Assembly: GCA_973895155.1 (NCBI GenBank)
Contig: OZ316891.1
Coordinates: forward strand, 21,628,513 to 21,692,512
Reading direction: 5' to 3'
Length of the DNA stretch: 64,000 nucleotides
From: Marsupella aquatica
Taxonomy: Eukaryota > Plantae > Marchantiophyta
In this document: positions 1 through 12,600 of the stretch, piece after piece
Numbering within the stretch: position 1 is the stretch's first letter
How the letters are laid out: every line of letters starts with the position of its first letter
Notes under the pieces: model-generated
Seen by the model: the letters and a program-made list of their open reading frames with translations, nothing else
Database searches by the model: none
Told to the model about the DNA's origin: nothing
Translations under genes and position numbers: made by a program

Positions 1-486
1 AACCAAGAGGTGGAAAGCTTAGAAAAATAAATTTGTGCGTCGTCCTTCCGCGGACTTCTGTGACAAAGCTACGGTACGCGAAAACCACACGAAAAGTGGC
101 ACCCATTCAATGCACTCCTTGATTGCCAACATGGATGGGCCATTTAGTATCTTCCTCACCAGCGCTTTCTGGGTTGGTGACCCTCTTGAATGCTCACCGC
201 TATCGCTAAATTGATACACTCTCAGAGCATGAAACAGAGAGTGTTTATTGACAAATTGACACCAGAGGAGCAGGGCCTGCAAGCGAAAGAGAATAAACAA
301 AAAAGTGTGCATAGTATGATGTCCACAGGGCCGCTAAAAGGTCATGGGACACCGCCAATCTACAGAGGATCCCCCAGGTCCACAATCGCAAAGCAGACCA
401 AATGGTCAGTAAAAACCAGACACTAGACATAGCACGAATTCCAGCACACTACTAGACAGAGAAAGAAAGAGGAGACAGAAAATTAC

Positions 487-906
487 CCCATATCCGAGCG
501 CGATGTTGCCCATAATGGCGCACAAAGTCGATGCGTATACCCATGTGTGTTTGACTCTGCTCTCTTCTCGTGTGATATGCCGAGACCTAGCGTGTACCTT
601 CTTCAGTAGAGGCGCTTTCAACGGATTGTGATACTGATCTGACCGCCCTCTCGCAAGACGGTCACCTCCTACTACTCCGGAGCGTTGAGAATATGGTACT
701 CCAGAGCGTTGAGTTGAGGGTATTCCGGAGCGTTGAGATGATGGTACTCCGGAGCGTTGAGATGATGGTACTCCGGAGCGTTGAGATGATGGTACTACTC
801 CGGAGCGTTGAGATGATGGTGCTACATGCTGGTGCACTGCTGGTGCTGCTGCTCCGGGTGCTGTAGATGACACCACCGGCGGTCGAGAGGGTTCCTTGGC
901 CTCCAT
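487..906 (-). CDS. Exon 1 (140 codons) of an ERD6/ESL-like MFS sugar transporter; the gene continues beyond the left edge
   Basis: ATG at 906; a hydrophilic N-terminus with LKAPLL (LxxxLL di-leucine), then TM1 'WVYASTLCAIMGNIALGYG', which resembles ERD6-like 'VYxSTxVAVCGSxxFGx'. A phase-0 donor GGG|gtaatt at 486 lies where ERD6-like genes typically have intron 1, before GYSSP. Confidence 0.7.
671..821. repeat. Coding tandem repeat, ~6 copies of a 24-27 nt unit encoding (V)PSSQRSGV
   Basis: ctccggagcgttgagatgatggta repeated, visible in both DNA and translation. Confidence 0.95.
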
Positions 907-3416
907 CCCTCCTGCACCTGACGTTGGGTGGGCTCACTCACTCCTCGCACCTCCTCAGAGGCCCTCTTCAGCTGCGAAGCTCGAGAAACCCAACCCAACC
1001 CAACCCAACCCAACCCCGGAGCTTTTCTCACGAGCCTCCCATAAAAAGAAGTAGAACGAGATTGTCCTCGATTTTGCAGGCGCCCTGTTAAGAATCCAAA
1101 TTCCCCGTCTGTGAGATCGTCCCCACGATCTTTCTCCTCGCAGCCACACCCAAATTGCACCAGCGCAATGTCGACAATGGCTCCACCGAAGAATTCGAGC
1201 TAAAAGACGAAGAAACCCAGTAGCTCTGAATTAAAATCCTCAGATTCCAGCCTTTTCCTCCATACCATCAGTCAGTCAGTCCGTCCAGCCAAAGACCGAT
1301 CCCCCATTTTCTGCACTGTGTGCTCTCCTGGTCCAGTGAATGGCGAATGTGTAGCTCCCAATACACCCGATCTTCTCCTCCTCCGCTCGCGTCCTTACCA
1401 TCTGACAACAGTCAACTGCCGTACACGGAAAAGACGACAAAAGCGAGAATGGAAGCCACGCCACACAATATCAATCCTCCACACACAGTCTCAGTTTTTA
1501 CACAATGTTTTTTGCTCGATCCTCCCCTCCTCCTCCTCCTTGTCGTGGACGATGAAGCAAAGTCTCAATCGGTACAGTACCCTTCCAATCTGCTCGATCT
1601 GCTCACGGCTCCTCACTCCAGCACCCTCCTCACTCCTCTGTCTGCCTCTTGCACACAGTGAACTAAATATTTACTGTCTACACTCCACAATCGGAATCGG
1701 AATAGCAAGAGACTGGTTGTCAGCCTCTTGCACACAGTGAACTGAATGATTGCTGCATACACTTCAGTCACTTCTACAATCTGAATAGCAAGACACTGGT
1801 CTGATTGTGTCCGTCTGCCTGCCAAGGAGTAACTTCCCTGTTGTCCAGATCTGCTTTGAGCTCCCCAACATCTCCCTCTGACGATCTAGCTATCGGAGGC
1901 AGAATTGGACGAATGCAAACTGTTCAATCTGACGCTCTCTCGGATCAGATTACCGATTCGTTCTCGTGGAGGATAAGCTCATGGCCTTCCATCCTTCAGT
2001 CCTTCCCCTGCCTCGCTCTCGCTCTCTCTCTCTCTGCCTGCGTGCGCTCCTCATGAGGTGCAGAACTGAGGAATCTGGCTCGGACCCAGCCAAACTGCCA
2101 CCGCCACTGCTACGGTTGATCTTCTCTGCTTTCTCATTATTGCTGCCTGATTCTGTAATCTTATTCGGTTCAGCCTAATTTCTTTGATTCCGCTTTAATT
2201 TCGTTATTTCATTCATCTGCGGCATTCACGGACCAGGAAGCAAGCACCTACCGGAATACCGGATGAACATCGCTACAGCAGGGACAGCCGTAAAAGAACG
2301 CATTGACTACTAGTACAGGGGTTGCAAGAGAGCAGTAGACTACGGGCGGTCTCAGCCATGGCGAGGAAAGGTACAATTATTAATGGATTGGAGTCGAATG
2401 AGTAAGCGGAGTGAAGTGGGGTGGGGTGGGGTGGAGTGGTGTACCCAGTTTGTTATAAGACGCCTGGTCTTCTGAGAATCTCATCTTTCTTTCTCCTCGT
2501 TCTCCGGCCCTCCATGGCTGCAGCAAGCATAGTACTGTGTCGTAGTCTCTGCCGACCAAATTGGATCAAAAGAGAAGACTCATGTACACAGAATTATATT
2601 ATTCAGCTTAGTACAATGCCACTAAAGATGTGGGTAATTATTTGTTCTGTTTATTTTGATGGCAAGATCATATTATGGATAAGGAAAGGTAGACCAAGGG
2701 CTCTAGGAAATTGCAACCATGGTTACGGACACTATCTGGATGGAAATTCCATGCAATCAGCATGCAACATATGGAAGTCAGGGTAACCCAAGTAAACATA
2801 GACAAAAACCGTGGTAGTGTGCAATTATGCACATTTTAGTGAATTACAATTGAATCTTTTGCTCTTCGTCATTTTTCATCATTTTGGTTGGGTGGTTGTT
2901 GTTGCCAAAATATGTTCATTTTAGCCAATGTTGTTGGTGAAGGCAAGGGCACAGGAGGGCAGGGGAGTATAAGATGGGCAATACAACCCTAGCCCATCAA
3001 GTCCAGGCGCATTGCACAACAGTATCTGGAGGGGTAAGGTTTAGGCTTTTATCCCTCCCCCTCACCCTCTCTTTCTCTCCTTCCGCTCTCCCTTGCTCCC
3101 CAGTTCTTTCTAGCACATTTTAAAAAGAGAGAAGAAAAGCAAGGAGAAAAAAGCCAATTAACCTCAAACCAATGAAATTCATGTCCTCCAGAGTCAACTG
3201 GAGCCAAAAATCTCTCATGGCAGTGTCCTTCCCTTTACTCATTGCAAGGCAAAAGGTACTTTATGTACTGGCCTATTGTATGGCCAGCACTTGTACCTTA
3301 CTATCCAACAAGGATATTCCCTTAGGCACCACCTTTAGTTTTAATTTTTTTAGGCACCTCTTTCCCTTAATCGAAGAGTGTGATTATAACACTGGTTGAT
3401 GTATAATATAACTATT

Positions 3417-3709
3417 TGTAAGAAACCGTCGGCTACAGACTAGACAATGCGGAAACATGGGAGATACACTCAATCAGATGCTACACCGACGAGACACCCC
3501 AAGTGAATAAACTCCTGAAGGATCCATGGCATATGAGAGTACATGTGAAGAATGAGAGAGAGAAAGCTCTCCCTCCAACCTATACCCCCCAAGGGGGACT
3601 AAGAAGTGTGAGCCTAAACTAAGCGGATCTTATCCTAATGTAATCCAGGGTTAACTAACCCTAGTAAGACCAAACTAACTAAATCGGGAACTCAAGTCAA
3701 TTCCTAACA
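3417..3709. mobile_element. Solo LTR, 293 bp
   Basis: TGtaag...ctaaCA termini with perfect 5-bp TSD CTATT at 3412-3416 and 3710-3714. Confidence 0.85.
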
Positions 3710-3913
3710 CTATTGTATATTGAAACATATAGCTAAAGATGCTACTAACATCAGGCAGTACTATACCTGGAGTCATACCCTTAATTAGGCACTCCCCCCT
3801 TTACTCTTATTGTAGGAAAGTAAATTAGGCACCCCCTTCAGTCAATCCAAGAGTGTCAAGTATCCTTTATTATAATGGTTGAGTAGCCCAATGTCCATAT
3901 GTTGTACACAAAA

Positions 3914-4355
3914 TGTCAAGGTGAGAAAAGATGTGAAGGACAGAAAAACAATTCAAGGACAGAAACTATGTCAAGGTGAGAAAAGGTGTCAATGAGATAA
4001 AAAAAATGTCAAGGTGAGGAAAAATAGAAAAGGTGTCAAGGTGAGAAAAAATTGTCAAGATGAGAAAGGATGTTGAGGAGGGAAGAGATGATAAGGTGAG
4101 AAAACGATGTAAAGGTGATGAAACAATGTTGAGGTGAGGGAAAGATGTCAAGGGTGAGAACCCGGGGTGAGACAAATATGTCATGGTAAGATAAAGATGT
4201 CAAGGTGATAAAAGATATTAAGGAGAAACAAAAATATAAACGAGACGTTACAAAGCCGGGGTGAGAAAAGATATCAAGAAGCAAAAAAATGTCAAGGTGA
4301 GAAAAAAGGTAGAGGTGAGAAAAAGATGTTAAGGTTAAAAACAATGTCAAGGTGG
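3914..4355 (+). repeat. Degenerate ~19-20 bp minisatellite (consensus GATGTCAAGGTGAGAAAAA), ~20 units
   Basis: Repeated tgtcaaggtgagaaaa motif. Confidence 0.9.
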
Positions 4356-6690
4356 ATCAAAAGCCCACAGAGGGCAAAAATCCACCAAAATCTTGTCATC
4401 CAGAATCCAAAAAAAGGCCACCATCCCTTCCGAAGTCACAAAGTTAACCATCTTCCCGACTGTCTCCTGCCTGTATGTCTGCACTGCCCATTCATCCATT
4501 CTCGAGCCAACCCCTTGACCCAAGCAATCTTGATGTAAAGCCAAAGTTCTCTCCAATTAATACTCTGAACACCTCTCCCAGAGATTGGAACATTCTCATG
4601 AACCAATGAGCAAAGTTCAACGTGCTTTCCATAGTGCCAAATGAATTCACAATCCCCTACCTAGTTGCCAACGTTTCAGAGGCACCCTGCAAGGCATAGA
4701 AGGGAGCGGAGCCATAAGTATTGCATGAATAAATCAAAAGAGAACGAAGCATCCGTCACTATTAGAGCACTCTCAATCACATTCTCCAACCAGCGCCAAA
4801 ATGAAAAGCCTCTAGTTAGGACAGCTCCCTCCAAGGAAAGCCTTTCCTAATACCCAAAGCCCAAGCACATTTAATTTGTGGGGAGAAGACTGCCATAGGA
4901 ATTATTTTCCATTACTGCAATACACAAGCATGAATTTATTTATTGGCTTATAATAAAGTCATCTCTCAAAATAATTTATTATTTTTTCAAGGGCTGCATC
5001 CTGCTCCATTTAATTCAAGCCACCCACTGCAAAGTCCTGTGGACAACCCCCAAGGGGCCAGGAAACATCAAGGGCAGCCCACCAAAATACCACAGGGCCA
5101 ACTGAGGGAACAAGAAGGGGCCCAGCCAAGAAGATATAAAAGTAGTAAAGAGACCTGACTGTTGTCATGACACGAGAATATCCTGCCCAAAGGCCAAGGT
5201 GCTTTACAGCCATCCCAAGTTCCTGGCATTGCTCTTTCCATCCTTCACCTGTTGATCATTGAATCCATGATTATTAAACAGTTGTTACCTCATTCCCAAA
5301 GCCAAACAACTCTAAATTTCCTCAGTGAACATGGTCGCAGCGGACATCTCAAGAGAACAACAGCCTGCCCTGTTTTTGTGGAAGGCAAAATACTTGGACC
5401 TATCAAAATGTAAACAAAGATTTCACTGTACAAGGAAAACCTTAGGAAGAAAACCACCTCAGCGTTAAGGCACAAAAAGGGGAAGATCCTGCCTGCTAAA
5501 GGTGAGGAGGAGCTAGTTCATTGCCACCTCTCAAGAGAACATAATATAGATCTGTTTTGCTCCATTGTCCATGACAACCTGGATCCACCAGGTTTTGCCA
5601 AGACTTTTTTTCCTGAAACTGTGGAGCAAAGTCTCACCCTAGAGGAGAAGAATGTGAAAAAGTGAAAAATATTGGACACTTCTCCTTTATATGGATAGTG
5701 GTGGTGTAAACCATTGCCACCTCTCAAGAGAACACAATATAGATCTGTTTTGCTCTCAAGCCACAACTATATTTTTAAAGTGGACAGGTTCAATTTCACT
5801 AGAATGGATTGGGTTCCACCTTTTAGGGTATGTACCCTGTTCACCACATGACACGAATGAGCACTAGCAAGCAGGAAATGAGGCTTTAAGGTGGATATGG
5901 CCAACATGGCCCACAAGTGAGTTCTACTGGTGCAAAAACCTTTTGAGTTCATTTATTTTCCGTCCCCTGGCAGCCAACTGGGTGAACTGGCCACTGAGAA
6001 ATGGTGAAATTCGCAACACTAATATGCGGTCCAAGTTCAGCGAGTGCCGTACAGTTTTTGGCTATGTCCCTCCAAATCTAAATGGGGACTATGGTGAGAC
6101 TACCGGTGGGCTGTATTTTGAGACCCCCTAAATGAATGAATCATCCTGCCCAGCAAAAGGCCCCATCGCCCCACCAACAGCTGTGTTCATTCGAGAATGG
6201 AAGGAGGGCCGCACAACAAGCAGTTTGGAAATTCTTTCACCATGGGAGCCGACCACTGACAGAGGAGGCAGAGTGGGGTTTCCATGCCGTGCCATACCTT
6301 GCCTCGAGCAAAGACACGGGAAGCGTTACACCAGCAGCAGCACAAGAGCAAGACTGCAGGATTAGAGACGGTTGGCTGCAAGGCCCCCTCCTCACCCAAA
6401 GCTGATCTCGTGCAAACGCATGGCAGCACGGTACTGGCGGCATGGAAGCAGGAAGCCTCCACCTCACCTCGCCTTGAGAACAGTAGCACCGTACTAGATG
6501 TCAACTCCGACGAATCAACAAAGCTATTTCTTTGGAGCTTGTAGTCGTCGAATGACCGGATCGCTGGAAAGCTCCTTTTCTCCATTTTGGTCCGGCCGTT
6601 AGGAGATGCTAGAGCAGGCGTCATGGCCGATGGAATCCCACCACTACTGTCTTGTCGTCTCGAGGTCGGGTGGACCACCCCCAAGTCCAA

Positions 6691-6945
6691 ACTCTTTCAT
6701 GTGCTTGCGCGGATTCGCCAACAACCGAAGCTACTGCAGTACAATGCTCGCCCAATGCACTCTTTCATGTGCTTGCGCGGATTCGCCTACAGCCGAAGCT
6801 ACTGCAGTACAATGCTCGCCCAATGCACGTAGATTTGGGCCCTGTGATTGTAGATTTGTGGGGAGAGCACCGGTCGTTGCTTTCCGTAGTAGTGTGATTG
6901 TAGATTTGTAGGGAGAAGCACTCACAGTTGCTTTCCGTGGTAGAT
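6691..6945. repeat. Two adjacent tandem duplications (68-bp unit x2, then ~50-bp unit x2)
   Basis: actctttcatgtgcttgcgcggattcgcc...cccaatgc twice; tgtgattgtagatttgt...gttgctttccgt twice. Confidence 0.9.
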
Positions 6946-7187
6946 GACTGGTCATCAATCGTCCTTTCAGATGCAGCTCTGATGAGGACGGTGGCTTTTA
7001 AATCAACACATATTGTGTTGCTAGATAACAAACCAAGACCCACATTAGTTAGACTCTTGATTTACAGCTCCCACAAACCTTGTCCTGGGTTAACACTGAG
7101 TTAACTTGTCCTGGTTCACACCAAGTCTTTAAAACCGAGTCCTAACTAGTGTCCCGGTCCATTCACTTTCTATTTCCTCTACCATCT

Positions 7188-7487
7188 GTTTTGCCTTGAA
7201 TACTGAAAGCTGACCCATCGAACAGAAGATAGATTATCAACTCCGGTGCATGTAACTCTGTAGGGTAGCCCACAGGTGGGTCATGCCCGGTACCAGGAGG
7301 GAGAGAGGTTGGACTAGAGCCCCAAAGCTAACAAGCCAGGTGCTGAGGAGAAACCAAGACTCCCACCACTACCATCCACACACACAATCACCCTCCACAA
7401 CCCTTGCATGTGGAGGGGGGATTGAACCTGGGACCTCTCGGTTCTAGGCTCATCCCCTGGCCAACTAACTAGTGCCAGTTGGTTTTC
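7188..7487 (-). mobile_element. tRNA-derived SINE, ~300 bp
   Basis: On the minus strand an A-box-like TGGCACTAGTTAGTTGG is followed by a B-box GGTTCAATCCC; 12-bp direct repeat CCTCTACCATCT at 7176-7187 and 7488-7499 (TSD). Confidence 0.75.
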
Positions 7488-8187
7488 CCTCTACCATCTT
7501 ACTATAATCTTTCTTCTTACCACTACAATACCCTATTCCACCAAAAGTTTTGGGTAGTCTTTTTACAAAATCACTTTTGGAGAGAACATTTCATGACCAT
7601 TGGATTTATAAGTTCTTTTATCTTAGCTTTTCATTAGTCGAAAAATAATCTCCCAAAGCAAACAAGACAAAGTATTTTGGTATGCACAAAGATTCTCTAA
7701 GAAAAGCATAATGATATACCCTGCATGTGAGTGACATGTGTTGCCATTGGAATGGGGGCACTTGGGACACCATTATGAGGGGATAGGGACTAGGAGACAT
7801 AAAGTTCAAAGTAGGAGGGGAATTAATGGGTGAAGGGATGAATAGTATCATACCCTCCCATAAGTACAAAATAGGGGATGAGACAAAGTGGAGCAAAAGA
7901 AGGTGAAAGTAAAGAAAATAATAATAATAAGACAATAAGAGTGAAAAGGGAGGTGTATAGGGACACCCTTGCCTTTCATTGGGATTAATGTTTTCTGGTT
8001 TGTGGGGGGGGGGGGGGGGGTGGGGGAAGAAGGGACAGGCAGCCCAAGAAAAAGGGGGAGAGGAGGCCAAAAGGAGGAGGGGGGGAGGGGGGAATGTCAT
8101 CCTCCACCTAGGTTTGTGTGAATGTGTGAATGTGTCGGCTATTGTTGTCATAGCCTATCTCCCTTACTACTTATGCAACTATATCTT

Positions 8188-8595
8188 TTTGACATATTTT
8201 CTAATCATGAGATCTTTTCTCCTTGACATCTTTTCCTAACTTGAACATCATTTTCTTGCCTTGACATCTTTTAATCAGCCAGGCATCTTCTTCTCAGCCC
8301 AACATCTTTTTCTCCCCTCCATATCTTTTCTCCCCTCGATTTCTTTGGCACTCCTCAACATCATTTTCTCTCCTCAACATTTTTTCTCACCTCGACATAT
8401 TTTCTTTTTCTCATATTGCTATCTTTGTCTCACCTTGACATATTTTATCTCATCTCGCAATCTTCTTCTCACCTTGATATCTTTATCTCATCACAACATC
8501 TTTTCTCACCTTAACATCATTATTCACCTTGCTTTCTTTTTCTCACCTTGACATCTTTTTTCACTTCAAGATCTTTCCTTCACCTTGATATCTTT
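8188..8595 (-). repeat. Same ~20 bp minisatellite as 3914-4355, in inverted orientation
   Basis: tttctcaccttgacatc units are the reverse complement of the left array. Confidence 0.9.
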
Positions 8596-8859
8596 CGTGC
8601 AATGCACAGGCAGGGGGCTAGTCTTACTCACAAAGCTCTATGCAAAGCTACTTTCTAGGGCTAGAGTCTAAAGTGAAATGTGTAGACCACAACCCTCAAT
8701 AAAAAGACAAAAATGAGATTGGACAAATAACAGGGATAGGAAAGATGAATGGAAAATAGTACAAGGTTCCTTTTTTTGCAAGATATTTTTTGTCTTCATC
8801 TCTATTTATGTTCACAGGTACCGGTAATCAGGCTAGTATCACTAAATATGGACCTTCTA

Positions 8860-9680
8860 ATGACTGGATTGTCATCTAAATTTTTTATTTTCTTTATGAT
8901 TAAAGCTAGACTACATAGTGAGCAAATTGTAGTTTCTTAATTCCTACGATTAAATCTGGGTTGCATAATGAGTGACAACTGGTGCAGACCATATGAGGAA
9001 AGGAAGTAGCTGTGGGTGGCTTTACAAGAACTGTTGGCCCAATTCAAGTATGGTGTCTAGTGATTCTATATGGAAAGCATCCAGCCCAAGTACAGTAGAT
9101 GCTCATATGGAGTGCTTATAAGAGTGGGGGTCTATATTTTCATTTTATTTCCTTGATGATTAAATCTGGACCCTAGAAGTAGTGGATTGTCTTCTTGTCT
9201 TTCCCTCTACCATTGAATCTAGACGGCATAATGAGTGGCAACTAGTCTAGACCAGATAAGGAGTGCAAACCGTTTGGGTTGGCTTTACAAAAACCAAGGG
9301 ACCATTCAGGTATGGTGTGTACTGATTTTACATGGCAAGCAGTGGGCCCAAGTAGATGCTGATGTGAAGTGCTTCCTTTTGTCTAAAATTTTAAGGTGGC
9401 TTTGCAAGAGTCAGGGGCCGACTTTCTTCTTTTTCTCCTCTCCGATTCATAAATAAGTGTATGTTTTCTTTTTATTTCCTCGACAATTAAATCTGGAATT
9501 TCAGATTTAACCTTAAAATGGATCAGCTTTTATAATTGTCTTCCCTTTACAATTAATTAAATCTGGATAGACTAAGCAATGACAATATTTGCAGACTGTG
9601 CAGCTGTCTTTACAAGAACTGGTAATGTGGGGTTCTACATGGCAAGCAGTGGGTCCAAGACATTGGTAATATGGAGGCAT
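8860..9680. repeat. Three degenerate tandem copies of a ~270-300 bp unit
   Basis: Recurring attaaatctgg...gcataatgagtg...ggctttacaagaa...atggcaagcagtggg blocks. Confidence 0.7.
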
Positions 9681-12600
9681 GGTATTTTTGAGGCTGCATG
9701 GCAGCGTCTCTTCTGGAAGGAGGGCAAGAGTGCAAAGTTCAAGTTTGAAAATTTGCCCAATTTTACGGCACTGAAAAGAGTTTTGTCAATTATGGCAAAA
9801 ATTAGCTAGTACAGTATTTGTCTCACTTGCCACTTTCCCACCTAACCACAGACTCTATTTTTCCAGAATCTGATGGTTCTCCTTAAATCTAGTGAGATCT
9901 AACAGTGAAAAATTAATCTAAGAAAGTTAGATAAGGAGATAAGGTCAATACCATTAGAATCTTCTACTTGACACCCACGTGGCATTCTCAGCTTTGGCAG
10001 AAAAGGAAAACCCTTGACATATACTCTTAGGTACAAGAAGGCTGCAGGCCGGGTGCTAGGTAGGTTAACTCTGAAGTGCTTTAAGGGTTAGAGGGAGGGT
10101 GCAGGGGTTAGAGGTACCCGGCCCCAACAAACCCTTTCAAAAGAAGGGACCTCATCAGTGGTTTGTTTCCCTTCACTCAGGCGCAGATTAAATTATAGAC
10201 CAGGTTTCCAAACATTTCCAAACTTGTGCTCTTCATTCAAGGGAGTTGCATTTATTGAAGTGAATTCCAAAACTATAGTTGGTCTAGAGTCTATCCTAGA
10301 ACAAGAAGTGGCACTCTAGCTTGCTTTGATGAGAGAGTACAGGAAGTGCCCCCCTCCCCCACTTTCTTGCAAAGCAACCCTGAGTCTATATTGACTACAA
10401 TGCCCAGAATTCATAATTATATGCAGGTAAGGCATTGGTCTAGGCTTCCCCAGTGGAACGCTTCAAGCCATGGTATTTTCTTGGATACATGCAGGCCACT
10501 CTTTGTTATTATTCTTGTTTTTTTTTTCATTCATAAAGGCCATGTGTGCTCCATTTGTTCTGTTTGTTTGGTGGGCCAGATTTATTAGAGGCCACCATTT
10601 TTATGAAAGTTTTTCTTGAAATTGGATGCAACTTTACAGCAAAACGATGCTGAGATATGGTGGGTCGGGTTTATTGGAAACCATCCTTTTTTCTTAGATT
10701 TGTTTTTGAGATCATAAGCAACATAGTTGCCAATCGATGGTGAAATATGGCGGGCCAGACTTATCAGAGGCCATAATTTTACCAAGTAACGGTGTATGCA
10801 CATAGCGCAAGGAGAAGGGAGACCCTGAGGCTGCAGCCAAAGACCAAGTTTAAAGGCAATACAAACACTCAGTCAAGGAGTAAGAGACCCGCAGGCCATA
10901 GCCAAAAGAGCCATCTTTAAAAAGTTTGTTCATCAGTATATATCACAGTGCCCAAGGGAAACAATGCCAAAATGGGAGATAGGGTCCCAATGGCGACGAA
11001 GCCCAATACCAAAGTTTAAATACAAGGAAAAAAACAAAGTACAATAAAAGGCAAGAAAAAGTGGTCCAAAGAAAAAGAGGTCCATAGAGGACAAAAACCA
11101 AACAATGAAAAAGAAAGCAAGTGCAAACCTAAAACATTGAAGAAGATAAATGGGAGAAAAGGAGAGGAAAAGGTCCCGAAAAGACCAACAGGTCCAACAA
11201 GCCTAGGATTCCCCCACAACAACTATAGGGCAATAAAAGAAAAAACCAAGAAAACCAAAACACTTTACAAGAAAACTGAGAAGACTAACACTCTATTGGG
11301 CAGAGCACTGAAAAGCTTGATAGAGCTTTGGAGTAAACCCAATAGGAGGGTCACAAAGTGCAATTTGTATAGAGACCCTAAAACAAACTGTCTCGGCACT
11401 ACTAAGGTGAGTGAATGCTGGGCCGCTGAAGTGCAATAAACACCCTTTGTCAAAAGAAAATAACTAGGACAAATACAGGGGAAACGCCTCCTAGGACAAA
11501 CTTGTCCTAAGAGCATCTCCAGATGTACTACTGTAGGTTTTGGTTAGTGAGTAAATCAAACACCCTACTAATGATGTCCTTTTTAAGATTGTTATAGGTA
11601 GCTATCATGTTCAAGAGGTGACTATGGAAATCTGTGAGAATCACACGTAAGTAAAAATAAGTATTTTGGAATGAAATTTGCCAAAATTGTAAAAGCAGGG
11701 AGGACAAGAATAGGATACATAATTACTATATAAGAATATTCTGCACACATATACCTTTTATAAAGAAAAAAAGAACACTAATGGTGAGAATAGATATTTT
11801 ATATTAAATAGGGAAAACTTAAAGTATGCTAGGATTGCACAGCTATACCAAACTATAAACTCCTTTAATCCCTGGTGCTATAATGGCCAATTCAAACCCA
11901 GCCCTAATAGCCACTGGATAAATTGTCTCAACAATAGTGATCAGCACTCGGATCAGCAATTGAGGACCCTAGTTTGGAACCTTGAAACCCAACAACAAAC
12001 CCAATAGAAGGTCAGCTCTTGTATACTAGTGTCTTTGATATACATATCAAAACCCACTTCCTGAAATTCCATAGGCCATAGTGAATGGGTCGGACTTGAC
12101 CTTTGGCATTTTGTTGAATAGGTTTGGTCAACAGTTACTTACAATACAACCAGTAGGGTAAGTGGTGAAAATGCTGTAAATAAAGGCAGACGAAGGTTTG
12201 CCTTCCCAGGTAGAGTTTAACTAAAGGCCCAAGAGTTGCCTGTAAGGGCCCGAGTTTATTTTGGTACAGAGGCCCAAAGGGCAACCTGCCTGAGTTTTTT
12301 TTTGTGTAATGACTGGGTTAGCACCAGGCTCTCACTTAGGGTCGGTTCCCACCTGTAGTCCTGTGGAAGGCAAACCTTCTAGTCTAGGGTTCTTGAAGAT
12401 GCAAATACCATCGCTAGTTGACCTGTTGTAAGTTTGTCTTGCTTAAATAAAAAGCAGACTACTCGAGGGTTCTTGAAGATGCAAATAACATCCCTAGTTG
12501 AAAGCTGCTGTTATTTTATTACCTGGGCAGGAGACCTGAATAAATGGAGGATGGTATTGGTTGACTGGACCCCACATGAAAAATGTTACTTGATAGTTAG

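Noticed and set aside
19-312. ORF as exon 2 of the transporter
   Set aside because: There is an acceptor-like site at ~277, but the translation lacks the expected GYSSP/TM2 sequence; probably intron.
3914-4355. CRISPR-like repeat array
   Set aside because: Units are degenerate and abutting with no unique spacers, the context is eukaryotic and there are no cas genes: a minisatellite.
7618-8239. ORFs of 177 and 86 aa
   Set aside because: Products of poly-G/purine low-complexity sequence.
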